The notes beneath the pieces are model-generated. The model was not told where the DNA came from. It ran no database searches and saw nothing but the letters and a program-made list of their open reading frames with translations. A stretch of DNA of 64,000 nt from an uncultured Polyangiales bacterium (GTDB lineage: Bacteria; Myxococcota_A; Polyangia; Polyangiales; JADJMO01): assembly GCA_964624885.1 (NCBI GenBank), contig CAZUZY010000005.1, positions 1,305 through 65,304 on the forward strand, in the 5' to 3' direction. Each line of letters starts with the position of its first letter. Position 1 is the stretch's first letter. This document shows positions 41,509-50,779 of the stretch, piece after piece. The position numbers and the translations under genes are program-made.

Positions 41509-41736
41509 TCAGCCCTCGTCGTCGCTCTCGTCGTCGTCGGCGACCTGCTCGCCCGGACGCGGGGTGAAGTGCGTCTCGCCCTTCTCGGCGACGTCGGGGA
41601 GCGCCTTGAGGTGGGCCGCGAGGTCGGCCTCGCTGATGATGCCGGCGTCGAGGTTGCGGGCGACGACGCGGGTGTCGAACTTCCAGGGGAGGAACTTGAC
41701 CCCGGAGGTGGGCTTGTGCGGGAGCTTGGCGGTCAT
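41509..41736 (-). CDS. Small conserved-type hypothetical protein with acidic tail
   Basis: FDTRVVARNL..G.I....L..HL..LPDVAEK, 2-nt gap to the DUF1844 gene. ATG at 41736 chosen. Confidence 0.7.
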   Translation of the reverse strand: MTAKLPHKPTSGVKFLPWKFDTRVVARNLDAGIISEADLAAHLKALPDVAEKGETHFTPRPGEQVADDDESDDEG

Positions 41737-41861
41737 GCGGCCGGTCGGATAGCACAACCGGCCCTGGCGGGCGTTTGTTCCCCCCTCCCCAGGTGGCCAG
41801 GTCGGGGTTTTCGCCGCGACCCCCCGCCGGCGGGGGGCATCGGGTAGGCTTGGGGGCAGCG

Positions 41862-43109
41862 ATGGCCAGTGCATTCGACGCGACCGTGGCGGCCGATGGC
41901 TCCCTCGACGCGACCATTGCCAGCGTGGGGGCCGGCGACCTCCCTGCGAGCGCGACCGTGGTCGGGGTCCCGGGCGCCACGACCCTCGGCCGCAGCACCG
42001 TGCTGCCGCGCGTCGAGGGCGACGGCGAGAGCCTCCGCATCGTCCACGCCCAGCGCGACCGCTACGTGCGCCTGAAGGTGCTCGGGCAGGGCGGCATGGG
42101 CGAGGTGCTGCTGGCGCGCGACGAGGACATCGACCGCACCGTGGCCGTCAAGCAGCTGCTCCCCAACACGACCGACGCCGCCGGCCTCGCGCGCTTCGTC
42201 GAGGAGGTGCGCACCATCGGCCGCCTCGAGCACCCGAACATCGTGCCGATCCACGACGTCGGCGTCGACGACCAGGGCCGCTACTTCTTCGTCATGAAGT
42301 ACGTCGAGGGGGAGACCCTCGAGCACGTGATCGAGCGCCTCGCGGCGGGCGACCCGGACTACCACCGCCGCTACCCGTTCGAGGTGCGGATCGAGCTCTG
42401 CATCGGCCTCTTGCGCGCGCTGCAGTTCGCCCACGATCGCGGCATCATCCACCGCGACATCAAGCCGGCCAACGTCATGATCGGTCGCTACGGCGAGGTC
42501 GTGCTCATGGACTGGGGCGTGGCCAAGCCCACGGCCGCGCGCGACCTGCCGATGGTCGAGAGCGCCGAGCCCGCGAGCGAGAAGGCCCGCATGTTCCACA
42601 CCCGGCAGGGCGCCCTGGTCGGCACGCCCGCGTACATGTCGCCGGAGCAGGCCCAGGGCAAGCCCATCGACGAGCGGAGCGACGTCTACAGCGCGATCGT
42701 ACTCCTCGACGAGCTGATGTCGCTGCGGCACTACCTCGCCCACGCGACCACGCTGCCCGGGCTGCTGCAGGCCGTGGTCTACGAGAACCCCTCGTTCATC
42801 GCCATCGCGGGCGGGCGGAGCCCGGCACAGGGGCCGATGCCCGCCGAGCTCGCCCACCTCGTGTACAAGGGCCTCACCAAGGACCCGGCCCAGCGCTTCC
42901 AGAGCGCGAGCGAGGTGGTGGAGCGCCTCTACGAGATGCTCGAGGGCAAGGTCCGCGTGCAGTGCCAGATCACGTTCACCAAGCGCGTCTTCCGCGAGGC
43001 CGGGCGCCTCGTCGATCGCCGCCCGTTCGTCGGGTTCTTCTTCCTCGTCAGCCTGTTCGTGCTCGTGCTCGCCGCGGTGGGTGTGCTCGTGCGCGCCGCG
43101 CTGGTCTAG
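41862..43109 (+). CDS. Ser/Thr protein kinase with terminal TM helix
   Basis: LGQGGMGEV, VAVK, HRDIKPAN, MDWG, GTPAYMSPEQ. Confidence 0.95.
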   Translation: MASAFDATVAADGSLDATIASVGAGDLPASATVVGVPGATTLGRSTVLPRVEGDGESLRIVHAQRDRYVRLKVLGQGGMGEVLLARDEDIDRTVAVKQLLPNTTDAAGLARFVEEVRTIGRLEHPNIVPIHDVGVDDQGRYFFVMKYVEGETLEHVIERLAAGDPDYHRRYPFEVRIELCIGLLRALQFAHDRGIIHRDIKPANVMIGRYGEVVLMDWGVAKPTAARDLPMVESAEPASEKARMFHTRQGALVGTPAYMSPEQAQGKPIDERSDVYSAIVLLDELMSLRHYLAHATTLPGLLQAVVYENPSFIAIAGGRSPAQGPMPAELAHLVYKGLTKDPAQRFQSASEVVERLYEMLEGKVRVQCQITFTKRVFREAGRLVDRRPFVGFFFLVSLFVLVLAAVGVLVRAALV

Positions 43110-43573
43110 GGCGCGGTCTCCGGGGCTCGCAGCCAGGGCACGAGCTCGCGGAGGGCCGTCGCGAGGTTCTCGGTCGCGGCGGCGGAGAGCGGCTCGCCGA
43201 GCTCGAAGCGCTCGCCGCGGATGGCGACCACGTGGGCGGGCGGCGGGGCGCCGACGACGCGGGCGTGGGTCGCGAGCACGGCCGCCGGCGACAGGCTGTG
43301 GGTCGTCGGCTCAAGGGCTTCGCTCGGCGTCACGCGGCGGAGCTCGAACGGTGGCTGGGCGCGGACGCTCGCGTCGACGAACACCACTCGTGCCCGCCCG
43401 GTGAGATCGAGCGCGTGCTCGATCTGCAGCTGGAAATCGGTGAGCACCTCGATCACCCCGGCCCGGATCTCCGCGGCCAGCAGCGCCTCGACCCGCTCCA
43501 CGAAGGCTGGCCCGAGGGCGTCGTCCCCCCGGGAGGGGTTGCCGACGCCGATCACGAGCAGCGGGGCGGTCAT
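43106..43573 (-). CDS. hoxW: Hydrogenase maturation endopeptidase
   Basis: IGVGNPSRGDDALGP, QLQIEH, VVFVDA, THSLSP, last gene of the hox operon. Confidence 0.88.
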   Translation of the reverse strand: MTAPLLVIGVGNPSRGDDALGPAFVERVEALLAAEIRAGVIEVLTDFQLQIEHALDLTGRARVVFVDASVRAQPPFELRRVTPSEALEPTTHSLSPAAVLATHARVVGAPPPAHVVAIRGERFELGEPLSAAATENLATALRELVPWLRAPETAP

Positions 43574-45048
43574 CCGAGCCGCTCGCCCTCGCGGACCAGA
43601 CGCTCGACGAGCACCCCCTCGGCGTCGAGGATCTCGACCTCGAGCGGCATCTTGCCGAGCGCGTGGGTCGCGCACGAGAGGCACGGATCGAAGGCGCGGA
43701 TGGCCACCTCGATGTGGTTGAGCAGCCCCTCGGTCGGCGCGTGGCCGTCGAGGTACTGGCGCGCCACCTCGCGGATGGCCTCGTTCATCGCCTGGTTGTT
43801 GTGGGTCGTCGAGACGATGAGGTTGCACATGGTGACGAGGTCCTGGGCGTCGACCTCGTAGTGGTGGATCAGCGTGCCGCGCGGCGCCTCGATCACACCG
43901 ACGCCCATGGTGCCCCGCGGGCCGCTCGCGACCAGGTCCTGGCCGAGCAAGGCCGGATCGGCGAGCAGGCGCTCGATGACCTCGGCCGCGTGGAGCAGCT
44001 CGATCATGCGCGCCCAGTGGAAGGCGAGCGGCGCGTGCACGAGCTTGCCGGGCGAGGTCGCGAGCAGCGCGTCGCGGGCCGCGTCGGCGAGCGGGGTCCC
44101 GAGCGAGTCGCAGTTCTGGATCCGCGCGAGCGGCCCGACCTTGTACCAGCCTTCCTCGGCGCCGAGCGCGGCGAGGAACGGGAACTTCATGTAGCTCCAG
44201 GAGCGCACGTTCTCCTTGATGAGCGCGTCGTAGCCCTGCACGTCGACGCCGTCGAAGAGGACCTTGCCGTCGGCGTCGCGGGCGCGGAGCACGCCGTCGT
44301 AGAGATCGAGCTTCCCGTCGCGGCCGACGAGCGAGAGGATGTTGGAGCGGACGGTGCCGAAGCGCTCGTAGGTGGCGCGGTCCTTGGCGAACAGCTCGCC
44401 GACGAGCGCCACGCCCGTGCGGGCCCAGGCGAGCACGTCGGGGAGCGCGCGCTGGAGCTCTTCGCGCTCGGCCTCCGACACGGCCTTGTTCACGCCGCCG
44501 GGGATCGAGCCCGTGCCGTGCACGCGCTTGCCGGCGGTGACCCGGATCACCTCCTGCCCGAACTTGCGCAGCATCACCCCCTGCTTGGCGAGCTCCGGGT
44601 ACGCCGCGAGCACGCCGACCACGTTGCGCCGCGCGACCTCGCTGTCGAAGCCGAGCAAGAGGTCGGGCGAGGACAGGTGGTAGAAATGCAGCGCGTGCGA
44701 CTGCAGGATCTGCCCGTAGTGCATGAGGCGCCGCACGCGGTCGGCGGTGGGCGTGAGGGTGTGCGCGCCCACCACGCGGTCGAGCGCTTTGCTCGCGGCG
44801 AGGTGGTGGCTCACCGGGCAGATGCCGCACAGCCGCTGCACCATCACCGGCACCTCCCAGTAGGGGCGGCCCTGGATGAAGCGCTCGAAGCCGCGGAACT
44901 CGACGATGTGCAGCCGCACCTGGTGCACCTTGTGCTCGGCGTCGAGCAGGATGGTGACCTTGCCGTGACCCTCGACCCGGGACACGGGCTCGATGACCAC
45001 GCGGCGGAGGCCGGTCGGATCCTTGGCTTTCTCGAGGGGTGAGGTCAT
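43570..45048 (-). CDS. hoxH: NAD-reducing [NiFe] hydrogenase large subunit (group 3d)
   Basis: RVEGHGK, L1 QRLCGIC, L2 RAFDPCLSCATH plus cleavable C-terminal extension. Confidence 0.96.
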   Translation of the reverse strand: MTSPLEKAKDPTGLRRVVIEPVSRVEGHGKVTILLDAEHKVHQVRLHIVEFRGFERFIQGRPYWEVPVMVQRLCGICPVSHHLAASKALDRVVGAHTLTPTADRVRRLMHYGQILQSHALHFYHLSSPDLLLGFDSEVARRNVVGVLAAYPELAKQGVMLRKFGQEVIRVTAGKRVHGTGSIPGGVNKAVSEAEREELQRALPDVLAWARTGVALVGELFAKDRATYERFGTVRSNILSLVGRDGKLDLYDGVLRARDADGKVLFDGVDVQGYDALIKENVRSWSYMKFPFLAALGAEEGWYKVGPLARIQNCDSLGTPLADAARDALLATSPGKLVHAPLAFHWARMIELLHAAEVIERLLADPALLGQDLVASGPRGTMGVGVIEAPRGTLIHHYEVDAQDLVTMCNLIVSTTHNNQAMNEAIREVARQYLDGHAPTEGLLNHIEVAIRAFDPCLSCATHALGKMPLEVEILDAEGVLVERLVREGERLG

Positions 45049-45071
45049 GGGGTTCTCGCTACTTCGCCGGC

Positions 45072-45611
45072 TCAGTCGTAGTGGATGAGGCCGTGGCCCA
45101 GCTGCGGCGTGCGACCGGCGATGAGGTCGGTGAGGAACTGCCAGATGGCGTCGGCCGAGGGCGGGCAGCCGGGGAGGAAGTAGTCGACCTTCACGACGTC
45201 GTGGAGCGGGTGCACCTGGGCGAGGGGCAGGGGGAGCTCCGGGTCGTTGGGGATGAAGCCGCGCTCGACGCCGAGGCCGGTGAGGTACACGGTCTGCAGG
45301 CAGTCGCGGATGTCGAGGTGGTTGCGCTGCGCGGGCAGGCCGCCGTTGATCGCGCAGGCGCCCATCGCGACCAGGATCTTGCACTGCTTGCGGAACTCGC
45401 GGAGCACGTGCACGTTCTCGGCGTTGCACAGGCCGCCCTCGACGATGCCGAGGTCGCACGGCCCGGGGTGCTTGAGGTCGGTGAGCGGGCTCGCGTCGAG
45501 CTCGATGTGGTCGAGGAGCGCGACGAGGCGCTCGTCGATGTCGAGGAACGACATGTGGCAGCCGAAGCAGCCGGCGAGCGAGGTGGTGGCGACGCGGAGC
45601 TTCTTGGCCAT
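45072..45611 (-). CDS. hoxY: NAD-reducing hydrogenase small subunit
   Basis: SLAGCFGCHMS, EGG, GACA, PGCPP. Confidence 0.95.
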   Translation of the reverse strand: MAKKLRVATTSLAGCFGCHMSFLDIDERLVALLDHIELDASPLTDLKHPGPCDLGIVEGGLCNAENVHVLREFRKQCKILVAMGACAINGGLPAQRNHLDIRDCLQTVYLTGLGVERGFIPNDPELPLPLAQVHPLHDVVKVDYFLPGCPPSADAIWQFLTDLIAGRTPQLGHGLIHYD

Positions 45612-45612
45612 C

Positions 45613-46341
45613 TCAGGCCTCCTCCTCGCGATCGACGGCGACTTCGCGGATCGGGCGCTCGTCGTAGGTGCGCTTGCCGATCGGCACGAGGAACCCGCGG
45701 CGCTTGCGCTGGATGACGCCGACCGGGCACACGCTCATGGCCTTGTCGTCGACCGCGAGGTCCGTGTCGGCGAGCCGCCCCGACTCGGCGTCGACCACGA
45801 GGTGCTTGTCGATGCCGCGCCCGGAGAGGGCGAAGACGCTCTTCTTGTCGACCAGCGCGCTCGCGCGGACGCACAGCTCGCAGAGGATGCAGCGGTTGAA
45901 GTCGAGCAAGACCTCGGGGTGCGACGCGTCGACCGGGCGGTTCGGGAACAGCGGGACGTAGTGGCCGGTGGTGACGCCGAGGTCGTAGCCCACCGCCTGC
46001 AGCGTGCAGTTGCCGCTCTGCTCGCACGAGGGGCAGAAGTGGTTGCCCTCGGTGAACAGGAACTGCACGAGGTGACGGCGCAGGTCGCGGAGCTCCTCGG
46101 TCTCCGACTCGACGACGTCGCCCGGGTGGGCGGGCGTGGTGCAGCTCGCGCCGGTCCGGCCGTTGACCTTCACCGTGCACACCTTGCAGCTCCCGTGCGG
46201 GTGGAACTCGCGGTGGAAGCATAGATAAGGAATGTATTTCCCGGCGGCGAGGGCGGCCTGCAGGATGGTCTGGCCGGGCTCGAACGGGACGTCGTGCCCG
46301 TCGAGCTGGAACGTGCCACGGGACTCGGTTCTTTCGGTCAC
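45613..46341 (-). CDS. hoxU: Diaphorase Fe-S subunit (NuoG N-terminus-like)
   Basis: IPYLC..GSCKVC, HFCPSC..GNC.LQ, RCILC.LCVR, CPVG. Confidence 0.93.
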   Translation of the reverse strand: MTERTESRGTFQLDGHDVPFEPGQTILQAALAAGKYIPYLCFHREFHPHGSCKVCTVKVNGRTGASCTTPAHPGDVVESETEELRDLRRHLVQFLFTEGNHFCPSCEQSGNCTLQAVGYDLGVTTGHYVPLFPNRPVDASHPEVLLDFNRCILCELCVRASALVDKKSVFALSGRGIDKHLVVDAESGRLADTDLAVDDKAMSVCPVGVIQRKRRGFLVPIGKRTYDERPIREVAVDREEEA

Positions 46342-48116
46342 GGTCCCTCCTCCTCGAGGTGAGCGCCCGCGTCGTCGCGTGCGGTGGCCTCGCGGGCGGG
46401 GGCGAGGGCCGCGTCGAGGTCGAACGTGGGCACGTCGAGCGAAGACAGCCGGCGGTCGAACGCCGGTCGGAACTTGGCGAGGCCGTCGAGCACGGCGTTG
46501 CCGGCGGTGTGCCCGAGCCCGCAGTGACTGGTGGCCTTGAGCAGGCGCGACACCTGCACGAGCTCGTCGACGTCGCGGCGGGAGCCCTTGCCGCGCACGA
46601 CGCGGCCGAGGATCTGGTGCTGCACCGTGGTGCCGACGCGGCACGGGGTGCAGAACCCGCAGCTCTCGTGGGCGAAGAAGTGGGCGAAGTTGTCGAGCAC
46701 GGCGAGCACGTCGCGGGTGTCGTCGAACACCATGAACGCGCCCGCGCTCGGCACGTCCTCGAAGGCGACGCGGCGGTCGAGCTCGCTCGAGGAGACGAGC
46801 ACGCCCGACGGCCCACCGACCATGACGGCCTGGGTGCGCGTGGCGCCGGCCGCCGCGAGGATGGCGCGGATCGAGGTGCCGAACGGGAACTCGTAGATGC
46901 CCGGGCGCGCCACGTCGCCCGACACGGAGTGGATCTTGGTGCCCGCCGACTTGGGCGTGCCGACGGCGCGGAACCACTCGGCGCCACGCGCGGCGATCAG
47001 CGCCGCCGCGGCCAGGGTCTCCACGTTGTTCACGACGGTGGGCTCTTGCCGGTAGCCGTGGGTGACCGGGTAGGGCGGGCGGTTGCGCGGGATGCCGCGC
47101 TTGCCCTCGAGCGACTCGAGCAGGGCGGACTCCTCGCCGCACACGTAGGCGCCGGCCCCGAGGTGGATCTCGACGTCGAAGTCGAACCCGGGCACGCCGC
47201 GGATGGCCGTGCCGAGGAGGCCGGCACGCCGCCGCTCCTCGAGCAGCGCCTCGAGCGCGGGCAGGAGGAACAGGTACTCGCCGCGCAGGTAGATCAGGCC
47301 CTTCTGCGCGCCGATCGCGAACCCCGCGACGGTCATGCCCTCGACGACCAGCGGCGCCCACGCACGGAGGAGCTCGCGATCCTTGAACGTGCCCGGCTCG
47401 CCCTCGTCGGCGTTGCACACGACGTAGCGCTGCGCGCCGGGGGCGGCGGCGCACGCCTTCCACTTGGCGCCGGTGGAGAAGCCCGCACCCCCGCGGCCGC
47501 GCAGCAGCGAGGCCTCGATCTCCGCGACGGTGGCGGAGGGACCGCGGGCGATGGCGGCGTCGATGCCGGCGCCGGGCGCGAGCTCGGTGCCGAGGAGGAG
47601 ATCCTTGCGCTCGACGTGGTGGTCGATGGTGAACAGGTTGTCGGGCCACTGCTCGACGGGCGAGCCGGCGCGGATGAGCGAGGTGATGGCGCCGATGCGC
47701 GCCGGGGTGAGCCGCGCGATGGCGTGGCCGTTCACCAGCAGCGCCGGTCCCTGGTCGCAGAGGCCGGTGCACGAGGTGCGGGCGACGCTGACGAGCCCGT
47801 CGCGGCTCACCTCGCCGAGCTCGATGCGGAACGAGTCGAGCATGCGCTTCTGCAGCTCGTGGCTGCCCGCCATCACGTCGGTGACGTTGTCGCTGAACAG
47901 CACGCGAAAGCGGCCGCGCGGCGTGGTGGCGAAGAAGGCGTAGAAGCCGGCGACGCCCTCGACGTGGGCGCGCGGCAGGTGGAGCAAACGCGCGAGCTCG
48001 GTGATGGTGGGCGGCGAGATCCACCCCTCGACCGCCATCACCTCGCGGAGGATCTGCACCAATCTCGTGCCGTCTCCTCCGTGACGACCGACGAGCGCTG
48101 GGAGGTCGTGGTTCAC
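46338..48116 (-). CDS. hoxF: Diaphorase flavoprotein subunit (NuoE+NuoF-like)
   Basis: SCTGLCDQGP, GRGGAGF.TG.KW, CNADEGEPGTFKDR, YVCGEE, ESCGFCTPCR. Confidence 0.93.
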   Translation of the reverse strand: MNHDLPALVGRHGGDGTRLVQILREVMAVEGWISPPTITELARLLHLPRAHVEGVAGFYAFFATTPRGRFRVLFSDNVTDVMAGSHELQKRMLDSFRIELGEVSRDGLVSVARTSCTGLCDQGPALLVNGHAIARLTPARIGAITSLIRAGSPVEQWPDNLFTIDHHVERKDLLLGTELAPGAGIDAAIARGPSATVAEIEASLLRGRGGAGFSTGAKWKACAAAPGAQRYVVCNADEGEPGTFKDRELLRAWAPLVVEGMTVAGFAIGAQKGLIYLRGEYLFLLPALEALLEERRRAGLLGTAIRGVPGFDFDVEIHLGAGAYVCGEESALLESLEGKRGIPRNRPPYPVTHGYRQEPTVVNNVETLAAAALIAARGAEWFRAVGTPKSAGTKIHSVSGDVARPGIYEFPFGTSIRAILAAAGATRTQAVMVGGPSGVLVSSSELDRRVAFEDVPSAGAFMVFDDTRDVLAVLDNFAHFFAHESCGFCTPCRVGTTVQHQILGRVVRGKGSRRDVDELVQVSRLLKATSHCGLGHTAGNAVLDGLAKFRPAFDRRLSSLDVPTFDLDAALAPAREATARDDAGAHLEEEGP

Positions 48117-48144
48117 GTGGCAACAGTAGGCACCGCGCGCGAGG

Positions 48145-48159
48145 GCCACAACGGCGCCA
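48145..48159 (-). promoter_or_regulatory. Possible sigma-54 promoter for hoxF
   Basis: TGGCGCCGTTGTGGC on the minus strand has the GG and GC spacing of TGGCAC-N5-TTGC. Imperfect match in GC-rich DNA. Confidence 0.3.
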
Positions 48160-48242
48160 TCGCACGAAGTGCCACGATTCTCACCGACCTCCTCGGGCGA
48201 TCTGGCTCGAATGAGCACGCCGGACCAAGAGGTCGAGGCCGC

Positions 48243-48815
48243 CTATTGCTCGTCGTCGAGCTCGGGGTGCTTGACGACGGCGAGCCGGGCCTTCGGCGCG
48301 TCCTTGCGAGCGAGCGCGAGCTCCTGCGCGGTCGCCGCGCGCACGGCGCGCACGACGACGTCGAAGGTGAGGGGCTCGCCGGCGAGCGGGTGGTTCCCGT
48401 CGACGAGGACCGCGTCGTCGGTGACCTCGATCACGCGGAGGGTGAGGTCGCGCCCCTGGTCGTCGGTCGCTGCGAGCTCGTCCTCGGCAGCCACGTCGGG
48501 GGGGAACTCGTCGCGGTCGAACCACTGCTCGAGCCCCTCGTCGCGCGGGCCGTAGGCGTCCTCGGGAGCCACCTCGAACGCGCGCGTCTCGCCCGCGGCC
48601 ATGCCGACGAGGCCGCGCTCGAGGCCGGGCACGAGCGCGCCGTAGCCGAACACGAAGCCGAGGGGCCTGCCGCCGGTCGGGGTCTCGGCCGCGGCGCTCG
48701 CGTCCTCGTTGCCCTCGGGGTCCGGCGGCTCGGTGGTCTCGATGACCTCGCCCTCGTCGTCGTAGAGGACATAGTCGAGGACCACCCAGCAGTCCTTGGC
48801 GATGCGCATGCTCAT
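48243..48815 (-). CDS. slyD: FKBP-type peptidyl-prolyl isomerase, SlyD-like, with acidic insert and no His/Cys-rich tail
   Basis: VVLDYVL, LVPGLERGL.GM..GE, PEDAYG, V.VDGNHPLAG..L.FDV.V. Confidence 0.85.
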   Translation of the reverse strand: MSMRIAKDCWVVLDYVLYDDEGEVIETTEPPDPEGNEDASAAAETPTGGRPLGFVFGYGALVPGLERGLVGMAAGETRAFEVAPEDAYGPRDEGLEQWFDRDEFPPDVAAEDELAATDDQGRDLTLRVIEVTDDAVLVDGNHPLAGEPLTFDVVVRAVRAATAQELALARKDAPKARLAVVKHPELDDEQ

Positions 48816-50779
48816 GGCTTGGAGGAGGAAGGAGCCGGCGAGGCCTTGGACTTGGCCTCGAGCTCCTTGATCACGTTGGGCAAGAGGTTGCCGTCCTTCA
48901 GACACGGGAAACAATCCTGCTTCTTGCCGACGCCGCAGGCCGGCTTCTGCCACTCCAGCAGGATGGGCAGGGCCTCGGCGCCGAGCTCGGCGCGGTGCTT
49001 CTCGAGCAGCGCCTTGCGCTCCTTGCACCCCCAGGGCGCGGTCTTGAGCTCGACCGCGGCGTGGATGGAAGCCGGCAGGCCCTTGGCGGTCTTCGGGTCG
49101 CGGAGGGCGCGCATGGCCCGGAGGCGCGCCGCGTTGGTGCCGCGATCGCTCCAGGCGAGGTCGTAGAGGAACTTGGCGCCGTCGGCGCCCATCGGCCCGA
49201 CGAGCACCGCCACCGCCTCGTCGCTCGCGGGGTTCACCGCGAGGGCCTCCTCGAACAGCGGGCCGAGCAAGGGATCCTTGGTCTGCGTGGCGTCGAGCTC
49301 GAGGAGCTTGCGGATGGTCTTCATCGCGTCCTCGTGCCGCTTGGCCTTGCTCTGCCCCTGGGCGAGCGCACGCAGGAGCGCCGGGTCCTTGGGGTTCTTG
49401 TCGACGAGCTGCATCAGGTCGGCGAGGCCGCCCTCGATCTCGCCGGAGGCCACGCGACCGAGCGCCGTGAGGGCCGCGGCCTTGCTGTCGACGGGCGCGG
49501 CCGGCGCGGAGGACGAGGCGGCGCCGGCCGAAGAGCTCACGCTCCCGACCGGGTTCGCGCCCTCGGCGCCGCGGTGCTTGACCCAGGAGAAGGCGAGGAC
49601 GCCGGCCACCACCAGCGCCGCGGTCGCGAACAGCCACGGGCCGATGGTGCTGCGGCGGCGGCTCTCGGGGGCCGGGACGGTGGCCTCCTTGCTGGCGATG
49701 GTGGTCGCCTCCTGGTCGGTGCGCTCGCCGGTGTGGACGCGGATGCGCCGGTCGGAGGTGCGCTCGAGGCCCACCATCGGCGTGTCGAGCGGGACCTCGA
49801 TGATCTTGGCGCCGCCCGCGTGGACCGAGGGGCTGCGCGTCGCCGGGACGGGCGCGTCGAACCCGAGCTTGAGGAGCGCCTCGGCCGCGTCGTTCGCGGT
49901 CTGGTAGCGCTCGTTCTTGTCCTTGGCGAGCATCATCGTGACGACCTGCTCGAGCTCGTGGGTGACCCACTGGCCCTTGGGCGCCCGCTCGCGCACGCTC
50001 GGGATCGGGTCGCGCACGTGCGAGCCGAGGAGCGCCACCTTGTCCTTGTTGTCGTAGGGCCGCTTGCCGACGAGCATCTCGAACAGGAGGACGCCGACCG
50101 CGTAGATGTCGGCCCGGCCGTCGACCACCGCGCCGAGCGCCTGCTCGGGGGCCATGTACTCGGGGGTGCCGTAGACCGTGCCGGCCTGGGTGAGCGGGCG
50201 GGTGTCGTTGGTGCGCGACTCGGGCGAGCCGAGCTCGGACACCGGCACCCGCGCGATGCCGAAATCGAGCACCTTCACGAACTCGGTGTCGCCGTCCTTC
50301 TCGAAGACCAGGATGTTCTCGGGCTTGAGGTCGCGGTGGACGATCCCGAGCTCGTGGGCGCGCTGCAGCGCCCCGAGCATCTGCAGGGTGATGTGCACCG
50401 CGGTGGCGGGCGAGAGCGGCCCCTTGCCGAGCAGCGTGCGCAGGTCGGTGCCCTCGACGTACTCGAGCACCAGGTAGAACGAGCCGTCGGGCAGCTTGCC
50501 GAAGTCGTGCGCCTGCGCGACGTTGGGGTGGTCGATGTTGGCGGCGGCCATCGCCTCGCGCTCGAAGCGGGCGACGATCTCCTGGTGCGTGCACAGGTCG
50601 GAGTGCAGCACCTTGATCGCGAAGCGCTTGCGCATGTGCAAGTGCTCCGCGCGGTAGACCGAGCCCATGCCGCCCTCGCCGAGCCGCGCGTCCACGCGGT
50701 AACGATCGGCGATGAGCTCGCCGATCATCGGGTCGGGCTTGGGGCCCGCCCCCTGCGAGGGCTTCTCTGCCAAGTTCAC
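48812..50779 (-). CDS. Membrane Ser/Thr protein kinase with helical (TPR-like) extracytoplasmic domain
   Basis: LGEGGMG, HRDLKPEN, DFG, GTPEYMAPE, TM WLFATAALVVAGVLAF. Confidence 0.95.
   Translation of the reverse strand: MNLAEKPSQGAGPKPDPMIGELIADRYRVDARLGEGGMGSVYRAEHLHMRKRFAIKVLHSDLCTHQEIVARFEREAMAAANIDHPNVAQAHDFGKLPDGSFYLVLEYVEGTDLRTLLGKGPLSPATAVHITLQMLGALQRAHELGIVHRDLKPENILVFEKDGDTEFVKVLDFGIARVPVSELGSPESRTNDTRPLTQAGTVYGTPEYMAPEQALGAVVDGRADIYAVGVLLFEMLVGKRPYDNKDKVALLGSHVRDPIPSVRERAPKGQWVTHELEQVVTMMLAKDKNERYQTANDAAEALLKLGFDAPVPATRSPSVHAGGAKIIEVPLDTPMVGLERTSDRRIRVHTGERTDQEATTIASKEATVPAPESRRRSTIGPWLFATAALVVAGVLAFSWVKHRGAEGANPVGSVSSSAGAASSSAPAAPVDSKAAALTALGRVASGEIEGGLADLMQLVDKNPKDPALLRALAQGQSKAKRHEDAMKTIRKLLELDATQTKDPLLGPLFEEALAVNPASDEAVAVLVGPMGADGAKFLYDLAWSDRGTNAARLRAMRALRDPKTAKGLPASIHAAVELKTAPWGCKERKALLEKHRAELGAEALPILLEWQKPACGVGKKQDCFPCLKDGNLLPNVIKELEAKSKASPAPSSSKP

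Noticed and set aside
43570-43760. [NiFeSe] hydrogenase or selenocysteine recoding in hoxH
   Set aside because: The L2 motif is DPCLSC with ordinary Cys codons and no in-frame TGA.
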